NCBI GenBank assembly: GCA_039801225.1
Contig: JBDRUH010000006.1
Location: 1-51,126, forward strand
DNA: 51,126 nucleotides
From: a candidate division WOR-3 bacterium
GTDB taxonomy: Bacteria > Hydrothermota > Tepidihabitantia > Tepidihabitantales > Tepidihabitantaceae
Reading direction: 5' to 3'
A model generated the notes under the pieces. The model was not told the origin of the DNA, did not search any database, and saw only the letters and a program-made list of their open reading frames with translations. The translations under genes and the position numbers were made by a program. Below, in pieces: positions 38,020-45,130 of this stretch (the stretch's first letter is position 1; each line of letters starts with the position of its first letter).

Positions 38020-38349
38020 TTATCTTTCTGAGACAAACCAGCCTTCTTTTCTCATCACCTCCATTGCTATCCGGTTACTCGGACCATCGCCCCGGGCGAC
38101 AGAAATTCCGACATTCTCACCAACCGCCTCCCCAATCTCGGCAATATCCTTATGGGTAAATCCCGGACAGAGCAGGATTGACTGAACCCCCTCCTCCTGC
38201 ACATACCTCTTACTCACCTCAAGTGCCTCCCTTTGATTTTTCACCACCACCACAAACAGTTTATAGCACTTGGGCGTCTCAATAACACACCGATGCCGCT
38301 CTGGCTCGGCATCAGGAGAATGGGCAATGAACAAAACCTTAAACGCCAT
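38020..38349 (-). CDS. DUF6506-like small protein
   Basis: FIAHSPDAEPE..., EGVQSILLCPGF, VARGDGP; SD AGGAGG. Confidence 0.7.
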   Translation of the reverse strand: MAFKVLFIAHSPDAEPERHRCVIETPKCYKLFVVVVKNQREALEVSKRYVQEEGVQSILLCPGFTHKDIAEIGEAVGENVGISVARGDGPSNRIAMEVMRKEGWFVSER

Positions 38350-38380
38350 CTTTAATTACCTCCTATTAAAATAATCACAT

Positions 38381-38926
38381 TCATAGTTCCAACCTCATAA
38401 GAGGAAACTCCTTGTCGTCCTTGTATATCTTAAAACCATTTCTCAAGTAAAACTCCATAGGTCCAGATGGATTGTCTGCTTTGCCTTTTCTGGCAAAAGT
38501 TTCAAGTGCTTTTACTTTTCTTTTCCTTAAATCATCAATTATACTTTGGAGAATCTGGCTGCCCACGCCGTGCCTTCTCAACCCCTTCTGAGGAATAAAC
38601 AAACACGAAATCAATACGGCATCATCACTTGGTAGTGATGGGTAAGACGCTGAGTTTGGGAGAAGTTTTGGAGGGGCATATTGGGCATAACCAGCAGGTT
38701 TTCCATCTACATAGACTATCTTACCACAGTTGCCGAATATTTTACTTGTATTCTGCAACCAACTCAACTTCTTTTTTAACATATCCTCCTTTTTCTCTTT
38801 GGCTGGATCTATGCATTCTTCGGGAAATTCCCAGTAGATACAATACTTGCAACTAAACGGGTGGCTATCCCATTCTGGGGCATCTATTAAATTTTCTTCA
38901 GTAAGATTGGCGATTTTAATTTTCAT
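38381..38926 (-). CDS. GNAT-family N-acetyltransferase
   Basis: CKYCIYWE, GYAQYAP, ISCLFI...RRHGVGS, FYLRNGF. Confidence 0.88.
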   Translation of the reverse strand: MKIKIANLTEENLIDAPEWDSHPFSCKYCIYWEFPEECIDPAKEKKEDMLKKKLSWLQNTSKIFGNCGKIVYVDGKPAGYAQYAPPKLLPNSASYPSLPSDDAVLISCLFIPQKGLRRHGVGSQILQSIIDDLRKRKVKALETFARKGKADNPSGPMEFYLRNGFKIYKDDKEFPLMRLEL

Positions 38927-38948
38927 CTTTTTTCACCCTCAAAATTTC

Positions 38949-39034
38949 GCCTAACGATTCCAGTATAAAAGAAGTTGCCGAGGGCGGGTTTGGGTGAGTG
39001 CCGTAAGGCACAAACCTTTTATGTTGTATTAGAT
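38949..39034 (-). mobile_element. Integron attC-like recombination site (slightly degenerate)
   Basis: Minus strand: R'' ATCTAAT, L'' ATAAAAG, central TGCCTTACGGCA hairpin, L' CTTTTAT, R' GTTAGGC; 86 bp. Confidence 0.65.
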
Positions 39035-39084
39035 GAACTTGACCGCTGGCGGTCAGAGATAATTCAACCATACCTTGTATAAAT

Positions 39085-39112
39085 ATCATACTTCCGAAAA
39101 AAACACTGTCAA
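39085..39112 (-). promoter_or_regulatory. Sigma70-type promoter reading into the attC and GNAT gene
   Basis: TTGACA-N16-TATGAT. Confidence 0.65.
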
Positions 39113-39142
39113 GTGAAGGATGGGCAAGAATGGAAAAATATA

Positions 39143-39362
39143 TTACCGCTGGGGTGCCGAAAGAAATTCGTCAACTGTGATACCAGCCCGTGCAATCAAA
39201 GCCCGCAAAGTGCCACGCGCAACCTGCGGGTGGTCAGGAATTGAAAGGGTGGCGATATGTCCTTGCTTGGTCATTATGATATGACTGCCACGCCTGCGGG
39301 CAACCTCCCAGCCCAAACGCTCTGACAACTTCTGCCGGACGTAGCAGCGGAATCTGTGCCAT
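39143..39362 (-). pseudogene. hicA: HicA toxin, frameshifted
   Basis: ATG overlaps the hicB stop (TAATG). MAQIPLLRPAEVVRAF in one frame continues as ERLGWEVARRRGSHIIM...SIPDH...GTLRALI in another. Confidence 0.85.
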
Positions 39363-39568
39363 TAAACTGTAACTTCAACCTGTCGCACCGAAACGGTCAA
39401 GGGCATTCCCTTTTCAGCCCGAACCTCAAGACAGGCGCGGATTGCCTCAAGAATGTTGTGCTCTGCCTCCTCTTCGGTCTTCCCCTGACTAACACACCCA
39501 GGAATTGCCGGGCACTCAGCAATAACCATCCCATCCTCATCCCGGAACATCGTGATTATAAACTTCAT
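39362..39568 (-). CDS. hicB: HicB-family antitoxin (short form)
   Basis: DEDG..IAECPAIPGCVSQGKTEEEA..NILEAI; SD AAGGAG. Confidence 0.92.
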   Translation of the reverse strand: MKFIITMFRDEDGMVIAECPAIPGCVSQGKTEEEAEHNILEAIRACLEVRAEKGMPLTVSVRQVEVTV

Positions 39569-39599
39569 AAACTATCTCCTTTCATCTAACCTGATTAAA

Positions 39600-39627
39600 A
39601 TATTATCAAAACGACCTTTCAGGTCAA
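39600..39627 (-). promoter_or_regulatory. Sigma70-type promoter upstream of hicB and the cassette boundary
   Basis: TTGACC-N16-TAATAT, 9 nt upstream of GTTAGAT. Confidence 0.55.
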
Positions 39628-39637
39628 ATGTCTAAAT

Positions 39638-40003
39638 TTACGGCGCTGGTTCTGGGACTGAGAGCGCCTCGTCCCGAATCCGCTTTAAGACCTCACGGTC
39701 AAGGGTGCGCATTACCCACTTTTCTAAGAGAATCCCAATCTCGCGGGCAAGTGATGGACCGGAAAAGCGTAACCGCCGGGAATATATTTCCCTTGCAAAG
39801 TTGAGATAAAAGGGATAAAGCATCGTCGGAATATTTGCCGAGTCCAGAACCTGCTTTGCCTTGGTCTCAATCTCAACTAAAAGGAGTTGCTGCATCTCCT
39901 GCCTGCGCTCCATTGAGGGACGCAACTCTTTTAGCCTTTCGCACACCTTATCCGGGTCGGTCTTTACCCGCCATCTTTCTAACCTTCTTACAATATCAGC
40001 CAT
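39638..40003 (-). CDS. Hypothetical helical protein resembling the rudivirus (SIRV2-fold) major capsid protein
   Basis: 121 aa with strong SD AAGGAGG. Manual alignment to SIRV2 MCP recalled from memory: RxxxWxxK, P-x6-L-x4-P, VL-x4-I, Y-x2-F, SGPxL, late VL. Confidence refers to the product call; the ORF itself is well supported. Confidence 0.65.
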   Translation of the reverse strand: MADIVRRLERWRVKTDPDKVCERLKELRPSMERRQEMQQLLLVEIETKAKQVLDSANIPTMLYPFYLNFAREIYSRRLRFSGPSLAREIGILLEKWVMRTLDREVLKRIRDEALSVPEPAP

Positions 40004-40093
40004 TTTGTCCTCCTTTGGTTTGATTTTCTTTTCTCTCTGACCATTAAGACCCCAAATTATAGAAAAATTAACGGCTGATTTTTTGATTTAAGG

Positions 40094-40117
40094 ATATGTG
40101 CACAATTATGCACATAT
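40094..40117. promoter_or_regulatory. Candidate operator (9-6-9 inverted repeat)
   Basis: ATATGTGCA-CAATTA-TGCACATAT, upstream of a minus-strand TATAAT at 40056-40061. Confidence 0.5.
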
Positions 40118-40236
40118 AGAATTTCTACTTTAAATAAATTATCTTCTGATTTATCAATGTGTTATAAATATAAGCCGGTAAGAAAGGGGCAAGCCCGGGG
40201 CACGCCCCTGTGCCGCTTTGGGTTCTGGGCTAAGGT

Positions 40237-40941
40237 TTAACGGTTCTTTAGAACCTTTTTCGGGATTAAAAGCGGGACCGAATGGGAATACTCTTCATAA
40301 TCGGCTTTCAGTTGCAGTTTCAAAAGACCTTCTTCATAACGCGCCTGAATTAGAATTGAGGGAAATCCTATAATTAGTGTCAAAATTAAACCGCCATAGG
40401 AGTTGAAGGCAAATGCTGCACCAATTAGTTGAATCAAGGTTGCCAGGTATCTTGGCTGCCGGCAAAAACGCTGCCATTTCAGGTTGAAAAACTTTTTTGC
40501 CGGAATCAGGACCTGGTCCGAGCCTGGTTTTATCTGGATTATCCGCAAAAAGGAAAAGAGTGTTGCCAGACGCAGATAAACACCAAAGCCAAATATCAAA
40601 AGACCAAGGATGCCAGAGATGTAATTGGGAACCGGCAATTGGGTCCAGTGCCACCAGATGAAGTCCGCCCCAAGATAGCCAAGATAGGGATAGACAAAGA
40701 AGGCGAAGAAAGCCCGCCATATTGGTGATGGTTCAACAATTCCCGACTGGAAAAATGGTGAGCCGAAGTAATACTCCACAGCAAGCCAGAGGACAAATGA
40801 GTAGGAAAATATTAATGGAATAACGAGGCGGTCAGGGATGGTATCAGAGAAGAAGTTGGTAAAGAAGATTAGGAAATAGGCGGTTACTAAAACGGTCCAG
40901 ATGAACCTGCCGCTCTTGAATCGGAAAACTAAACTGTTCAT
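40237..40941 (-). CDS. Isoprenylcysteine carboxyl methyltransferase / PEMT-like membrane protein
   Basis: Multiple TMs; RQPRYL...EE..L...YEEY..SVP.LIP pattern. Confidence 0.7.
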   Translation of the reverse strand: MNSLVFRFKSGRFIWTVLVTAYFLIFFTNFFSDTIPDRLVIPLIFSYSFVLWLAVEYYFGSPFFQSGIVEPSPIWRAFFAFFVYPYLGYLGADFIWWHWTQLPVPNYISGILGLLIFGFGVYLRLATLFSFLRIIQIKPGSDQVLIPAKKFFNLKWQRFCRQPRYLATLIQLIGAAFAFNSYGGLILTLIIGFPSILIQARYEEGLLKLQLKADYEEYSHSVPLLIPKKVLKNR

Positions 40942-42161
40942 CTCTTCCCCTGTGCCTGGAGGATGTCAACGGCATATTCCCATAACCGCTTCTCCGAGAG
41001 TTCCAGCCGGTTGACAGGAATTTCTGGATGTTTTTTGAGAAAACGCCCAGTTGTCGCCACCGAATAAACCCTTTGTTCCGGTAATCTGCCCGATGGCAGA
41101 CCTGACCTCACCAGCACTTTTACACCAGCCCGATTCCTGAGCCGCTTAATCTCTTCACCATCAAGGTCAAAAATCACCAGTTTGCCTGGGTCGGAAAAGG
41201 CAGTTATGATTTGACCGCGGGTAATGGTCCCGGGTAAAAGCGTCTCTGGAATGAAATCGGTGCTGTCATAAAGAAACAGGTCCGCGACATTTTCCTTTAA
41301 AATGCCTTCAATCACCCGCTTAGTCAGAACTGATGGAGGAATTTTTACTCGTGAGTCAACCACCGGAATTGAACTTAAGGAGTCCAGGACATTTTTTAGC
41401 GAATCAATTACTTTTAAAACCTCGGGTTTTGGTTCTATCCCGGCAAGGGAAATTTGTCTTTTGACCACATCCTGCACCCGACCCTCTATAAGGGTGATAT
41501 CGTAACGGGTTGTCCCCTTTTCTTCTGGTCTTAAAATAAGGTCAAAACCGGGCACAAAAATGGATTCACCCGGCGGCAAAAGAAGAAAGGAGATATCAGC
41601 CTTACTTTTTAATAAAGTGAGCGTCCTTTTCCCGGCATAATCCGGCGGGACAAAGTGAACACAGTTCAATTTTAAAAATAGGTCATTTGAGTCCAAAAAA
41701 AGACCGGTAATTCCAAAATTGACCCCTGTTAGGAGTTTTCTCATCCAGGGATGGGCGATTGGTAGGTCAAGGGTGTCATTGATGTTGGCAGAGAGAACCC
41801 GGAAATGTGTCTGGTCAATTAGCCTTTTTGCTCGGGAAAGACCCAATTTCAGCCAGTCCGGGGTAAAAAGAACCGCATCAACCCCGGCGCGATATAGCGC
41901 TTTAGCCTCTGTCTCGCCATCACCAAGGGCCAGGGTTACATCATCGGCAAAAACCTCGCCACTCATCAGCCATAAAACGGGAAAGTTTTCTTTTCTTTCC
42001 GAGACAACCTGTGCCAACTGGGGCAGTTCTAAAAATGGCAAATCCCCGGAGACAAAGACCGTAACCGTCTGGCTCGCCGGTTTAGTAACTTTTGGGGCAC
42101 AAGCAACAAGGAACGCAAGAGGGCAGAAGATAATATAAGGTCTATAGCGAGTAATGCTCAT
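40938..42161 (-). CDS. Lipoprotein with degenerate 5'-nucleotidase-like fold
   Basis: Lipobox LVAC; GVDAV, FRVLSANI, FGITGL, PGTITRGQI, YSVATT; metal-binding motifs not seen. Confidence 0.6.
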   Translation of the reverse strand: MSITRYRPYIIFCPLAFLVACAPKVTKPASQTVTVFVSGDLPFLELPQLAQVVSERKENFPVLWLMSGEVFADDVTLALGDGETEAKALYRAGVDAVLFTPDWLKLGLSRAKRLIDQTHFRVLSANINDTLDLPIAHPWMRKLLTGVNFGITGLFLDSNDLFLKLNCVHFVPPDYAGKRTLTLLKSKADISFLLLPPGESIFVPGFDLILRPEEKGTTRYDITLIEGRVQDVVKRQISLAGIEPKPEVLKVIDSLKNVLDSLSSIPVVDSRVKIPPSVLTKRVIEGILKENVADLFLYDSTDFIPETLLPGTITRGQIITAFSDPGKLVIFDLDGEEIKRLRNRAGVKVLVRSGLPSGRLPEQRVYSVATTGRFLKKHPEIPVNRLELSEKRLWEYAVDILQAQGKR

Positions 42162-42240
42162 TGATTACTATGTCTTCTTCTAAAATTGGGCAAACATAAC
42201 CACTCCGGAGAGTTCGTCCACCCGAAATAAAACACAGCCG

Positions 42241-42269
42241 ATTATATTCTTGCCCTCCCTAATTGTCAA
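42241..42269 (-). promoter_or_regulatory. Consensus sigma70 promoter
   Basis: TTGACA-N17-TATAAT; divergent from TTGACC-N16-TAAAAT at 42312-42339. Confidence 0.75.
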
Positions 42270-42361
42270 TCTCCGCTTTACCTTATCAAAAATATCATCG
42301 CCAACCATTAGTTGACCTCTTATCCCATTTTAATAAAATGTCGCCAAAAAAGGAGCAGTCA

Positions 42362-43366
42362 ATGAAAAGAACAATTATTTTCTGTCTGTTTCTCACTTTT
42401 CTTTTTGGTGGTATCTACGGTCAGACAAAGGCTACCACCACTTCCGAGTCAGAAGTTGTTGAAAGCGGACGGCTTTATACGATAGTTGTTGCCGGAAAGT
42501 GGGGCTATATTGATAGAACGGGCAAGGTGGTGATCCAGCCCCAATTTGAATTGGCAGCCGATTTTTCTGAGGAAATGGCACTGGTGAAGGTTGGTGGCAA
42601 GTGTGGCTATATTGACCGGAAAGGGAAGGTTGTTATTAAACCCCAGTTTGATGGCGGTTCCGGTTTTTCTCAAGGGGTGGCAGCAGTTCAGGTTAAGGGT
42701 AAGTATGGTTATATTGACCGCGCCGGTAAGTTCATCATCAAGCCGCAGTTTGATGTCGCGGGTGATTTTTCCGAAGGGCTGGCATTAGCCGGCATCAGCG
42801 GTAAGTATGGGTTTATTGACCAATCCGGTAATTTTATTATTGAGCCCAAATTTGATTTTGCTTCGGGTTTTTCTGAGGGATTAGCCCAGGCAGGTATTGA
42901 GGAGAAGTATGGATTTATTGACAGAGAAGGTAATTTTGTGATTGAGCCCCAGTTTGATGAGGTCTATGGCTTTTCTCAAGGTCTGGCGCTGGTAACGGTT
43001 GGTGGCAAGTGGGGGTATATTGACCGGACGGGTAAGTTTGTTATTGAGCCAAAATTTGATTATGCCTTTGGTTTTTCCGAAGGACTGGCTGGAGTCGGCA
43101 TTGGTGACAAATGGGGCTATATAGACCAGAGTGGCAATTTTGTCATTGAACCCCGGTTTGACGAGGTCGGCGTATTTTCTGAAGGGCAAGCCGGAGTGAG
43201 AGTTGGCGATAAGTGGGGATATATTGATAAAACTGGCAATTTTCTCATTACCCCTCAGTTTAACCGTGCCTCAGAGTTTCTTGACGGACTGGCAGAGGTG
43301 GAGATTGGCGAAGAAAATTGGGGTTATATTGACAATACCGGCAGGTTCGTATGGAAGGTAAAATAA
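42362..43366 (+). CDS. WG-repeat exported protein
   Basis: About nine 35-aa repeats K(W/Y)G(Y/F)ID..G..VI.P.FD....FSEG.A; SD AAGGAG before ATG 42362; signal peptide. Confidence 0.92.
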   Translation: MKRTIIFCLFLTFLFGGIYGQTKATTTSESEVVESGRLYTIVVAGKWGYIDRTGKVVIQPQFELAADFSEEMALVKVGGKCGYIDRKGKVVIKPQFDGGSGFSQGVAAVQVKGKYGYIDRAGKFIIKPQFDVAGDFSEGLALAGISGKYGFIDQSGNFIIEPKFDFASGFSEGLAQAGIEEKYGFIDREGNFVIEPQFDEVYGFSQGLALVTVGGKWGYIDRTGKFVIEPKFDYAFGFSEGLAGVGIGDKWGYIDQSGNFVIEPRFDEVGVFSEGQAGVRVGDKWGYIDKTGNFLITPQFNRASEFLDGLAEVEIGEENWGYIDNTGRFVWKVK

Positions 43367-43464
43367 TAAAATAAATCCGTAATTTTTATCTGCCCGAACT
43401 TGTATTCTGAACCAGAACCGGTAGTCCAGGTATCCTTGATTCTACACCATTGCGCCATTTATAG

Positions 43465-43493
43465 TTGACAAAGAAAGGACATTAAAATACAAT
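43465..43493 (+). promoter_or_regulatory. Sigma70-type promoter of purN, leaderless
   Basis: TTGACA-N17-TACAAT, GTG 6 nt downstream, no SD. Confidence 0.7.
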
Positions 43494-43499
43494 CCTCTT

Positions 43500-44117
43500 G
43501 TGAGAAAAAAACCGATTGCGGTCCTGGCTTCAGGTCGGGGCACAAACTTTGAAGCGCTGGCAAAGGCAAGCGAAAATCCCGACTTCCCGGCGGCGATTAA
43601 AATCCTGATTGCCAATGTTCCGGATGCGCCGGTTCTTGCTCGGGCAAAAATGTTTCAGATTCCCACCGCCTTAATCAACCATCGCCAGTTCCCTTCCCGC
43701 CCGGCGTTTGAAGAGGCGGTGGTAAAAGTCCTCGCCCCTTATAAAATTGAACTGATCTGTCTTGCCGGCTTTAACCGAATTCTCTCTTCCTATTTCCTGC
43801 AACATTTCCCCTTTAAGATTATGAACATTCACCCCTCGCTTTTGCCGGCATTTGCCGGTTTGCAGGGAATAGAGGTGCACAAGGCAGCACTTAACTTTGG
43901 GGTAAAAATAACCGGCTGCACCGTCCATTTTGTTACCGAAGATGTTGATGGCGGACCGATAATTGTTCAGCGTGCCGTGCCGGTATTGGATGACGATACC
44001 CCGGAGACGCTCGCCGCCCGCGTTCTCAAAGAGGAACACCAGGCTTATCCGGAGGCGGTCAGGCTGTTCTGTGAAGAAAGGCTGAAAATAGCCGGACGCC
44101 GGGTTCTTTTTAGATGA
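43500..44117 (+). CDS. purN: Phosphoribosylglycinamide formyltransferase
   Basis: SGRGTN, LAGF, NIHPSLLP, GCTVHFV, DGGPII, EH. Confidence 0.96.
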   Translation: MRKKPIAVLASGRGTNFEALAKASENPDFPAAIKILIANVPDAPVLARAKMFQIPTALINHRQFPSRPAFEEAVVKVLAPYKIELICLAGFNRILSSYFLQHFPFKIMNIHPSLLPAFAGLQGIEVHKAALNFGVKITGCTVHFVTEDVDGGPIIVQRAVPVLDDDTPETLAARVLKEEHQAYPEAVRLFCEERLKIAGRRVLFR

Positions 44118-45130
44118 ACAGCCGCTTGCGGGTTGCGGTAGTGGGTTGCGGCACACAGACCCAACTTGCCCACATCCCCGCCCTCAAGGCAAATCCGTTT
44201 GTTGAACTGATCGCACTGTGCGACACCGATATAAGCAAACTACGGCAACTTTGTGCCGTTCACAATATCAAACGCTACTATACCGATTTCGCTCGGTTGA
44301 AGGAAGACCCGGATGTGAATGCGATTGTTATTGCTACCCCCACTCACCTTCACGCACCAATGGCAATTGCCGCGATGGAATACGGTAAGGATGTCTTGTG
44401 TGAGATGCCTCTGGCGCTGAACTTCTCAGAGGCACAGGAGGTGGTGGAACGCGCCAAACGCTACCACCGGCGGTTAATGCCCTGTCTGGTAACGAGGTTG
44501 CGCGCCGATGTTCAGACTGTCAAACGGTTTGTTGAGGAAGGAGAACTGGGTCGGTTGTATTACTGCAAGAGCGGCTGGCTGAGAGGTAAAGAGGCATGGT
44601 CAACACCAGATTGGGGCGAGAAAAAATATCGGAGCCGAGGCGGCGTGTTTCTGACATTAGGCTCGGCATTACTGGATTCGGCGCTCTGGCTCTTTGCTCC
44701 TTCAAAACCAATCTCAGTAATCGGCGTTGCCGGAAAGCACAGCGCTGACACCATCGGCGAGGACACCGCCTTTGCCCTGATCAGGTTTGACAATAACCTA
44801 ATTTTAACTGTAGAAGTGGGCTGGAGCCTTTTAATGGAAAAGGATTTTATCTATTTCAATATGTTTGGCACCCTCGGTGCCGCACTTTTGAACCCGCTCA
44901 CCATCCATAAGGAGATGCATGGCCGGCTGGTCAACATCACCCCCCAGTTGCCAACGCGCGGTGGACTCCGTGCCGCTTATAATCGGCTGATTGAAATCTG
45001 GGTTGATTCCCTCTTACGGGACGAGCCGCCCGAGGTATCAATGGCTGATGCCCTGCTCATCAATCAGATCGCCGATGCCTTCTACTCCTCCAACACCACT
45101 CGTGCTGAGGTAACAATCAGATCGGAGTGA
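44114..45130 (+). CDS. Gfo/Idh/MocA family oxidoreductase
   Basis: AVVGCG, ATPTHLH, GKDVLCEMP, GELG, ED.A. Confidence 0.88.
   Translation: MNSRLRVAVVGCGTQTQLAHIPALKANPFVELIALCDTDISKLRQLCAVHNIKRYYTDFARLKEDPDVNAIVIATPTHLHAPMAIAAMEYGKDVLCEMPLALNFSEAQEVVERAKRYHRRLMPCLVTRLRADVQTVKRFVEEGELGRLYYCKSGWLRGKEAWSTPDWGEKKYRSRGGVFLTLGSALLDSALWLFAPSKPISVIGVAGKHSADTIGEDTAFALIRFDNNLILTVEVGWSLLMEKDFIYFNMFGTLGAALLNPLTIHKEMHGRLVNITPQLPTRGGLRAAYNRLIEIWVDSLLRDEPPEVSMADALLINQIADAFYSSNTTRAEVTIRSE

Noticed and set aside
39143..39328. 61-aa ORF as an intact HicA, or a programmed frameshift
   Set aside because: The TTG start lacks an SD and the N-terminal helix; the coupled ATG is at 39362; no slippery sequence is evident, and an 8-bp deletion explains the shift.
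36348..40236. Prophage or provirus around the capsid-like gene
   Set aside because: No integrase, replication, packaging or second structural gene, and no att direct repeats seen.
42143..42235. 30-codon leaderless uORF after the consensus promoter
   Set aside because: Open from a GTG 5 nt after the -10 box, but too short and featureless to support without conservation data.
42494..43350. Regular ~105-bp nucleotide repeats as a CRISPR array
   Set aside because: They are degenerate codon-level WG protein repeats with no unique spacers, and no cas genes are present.
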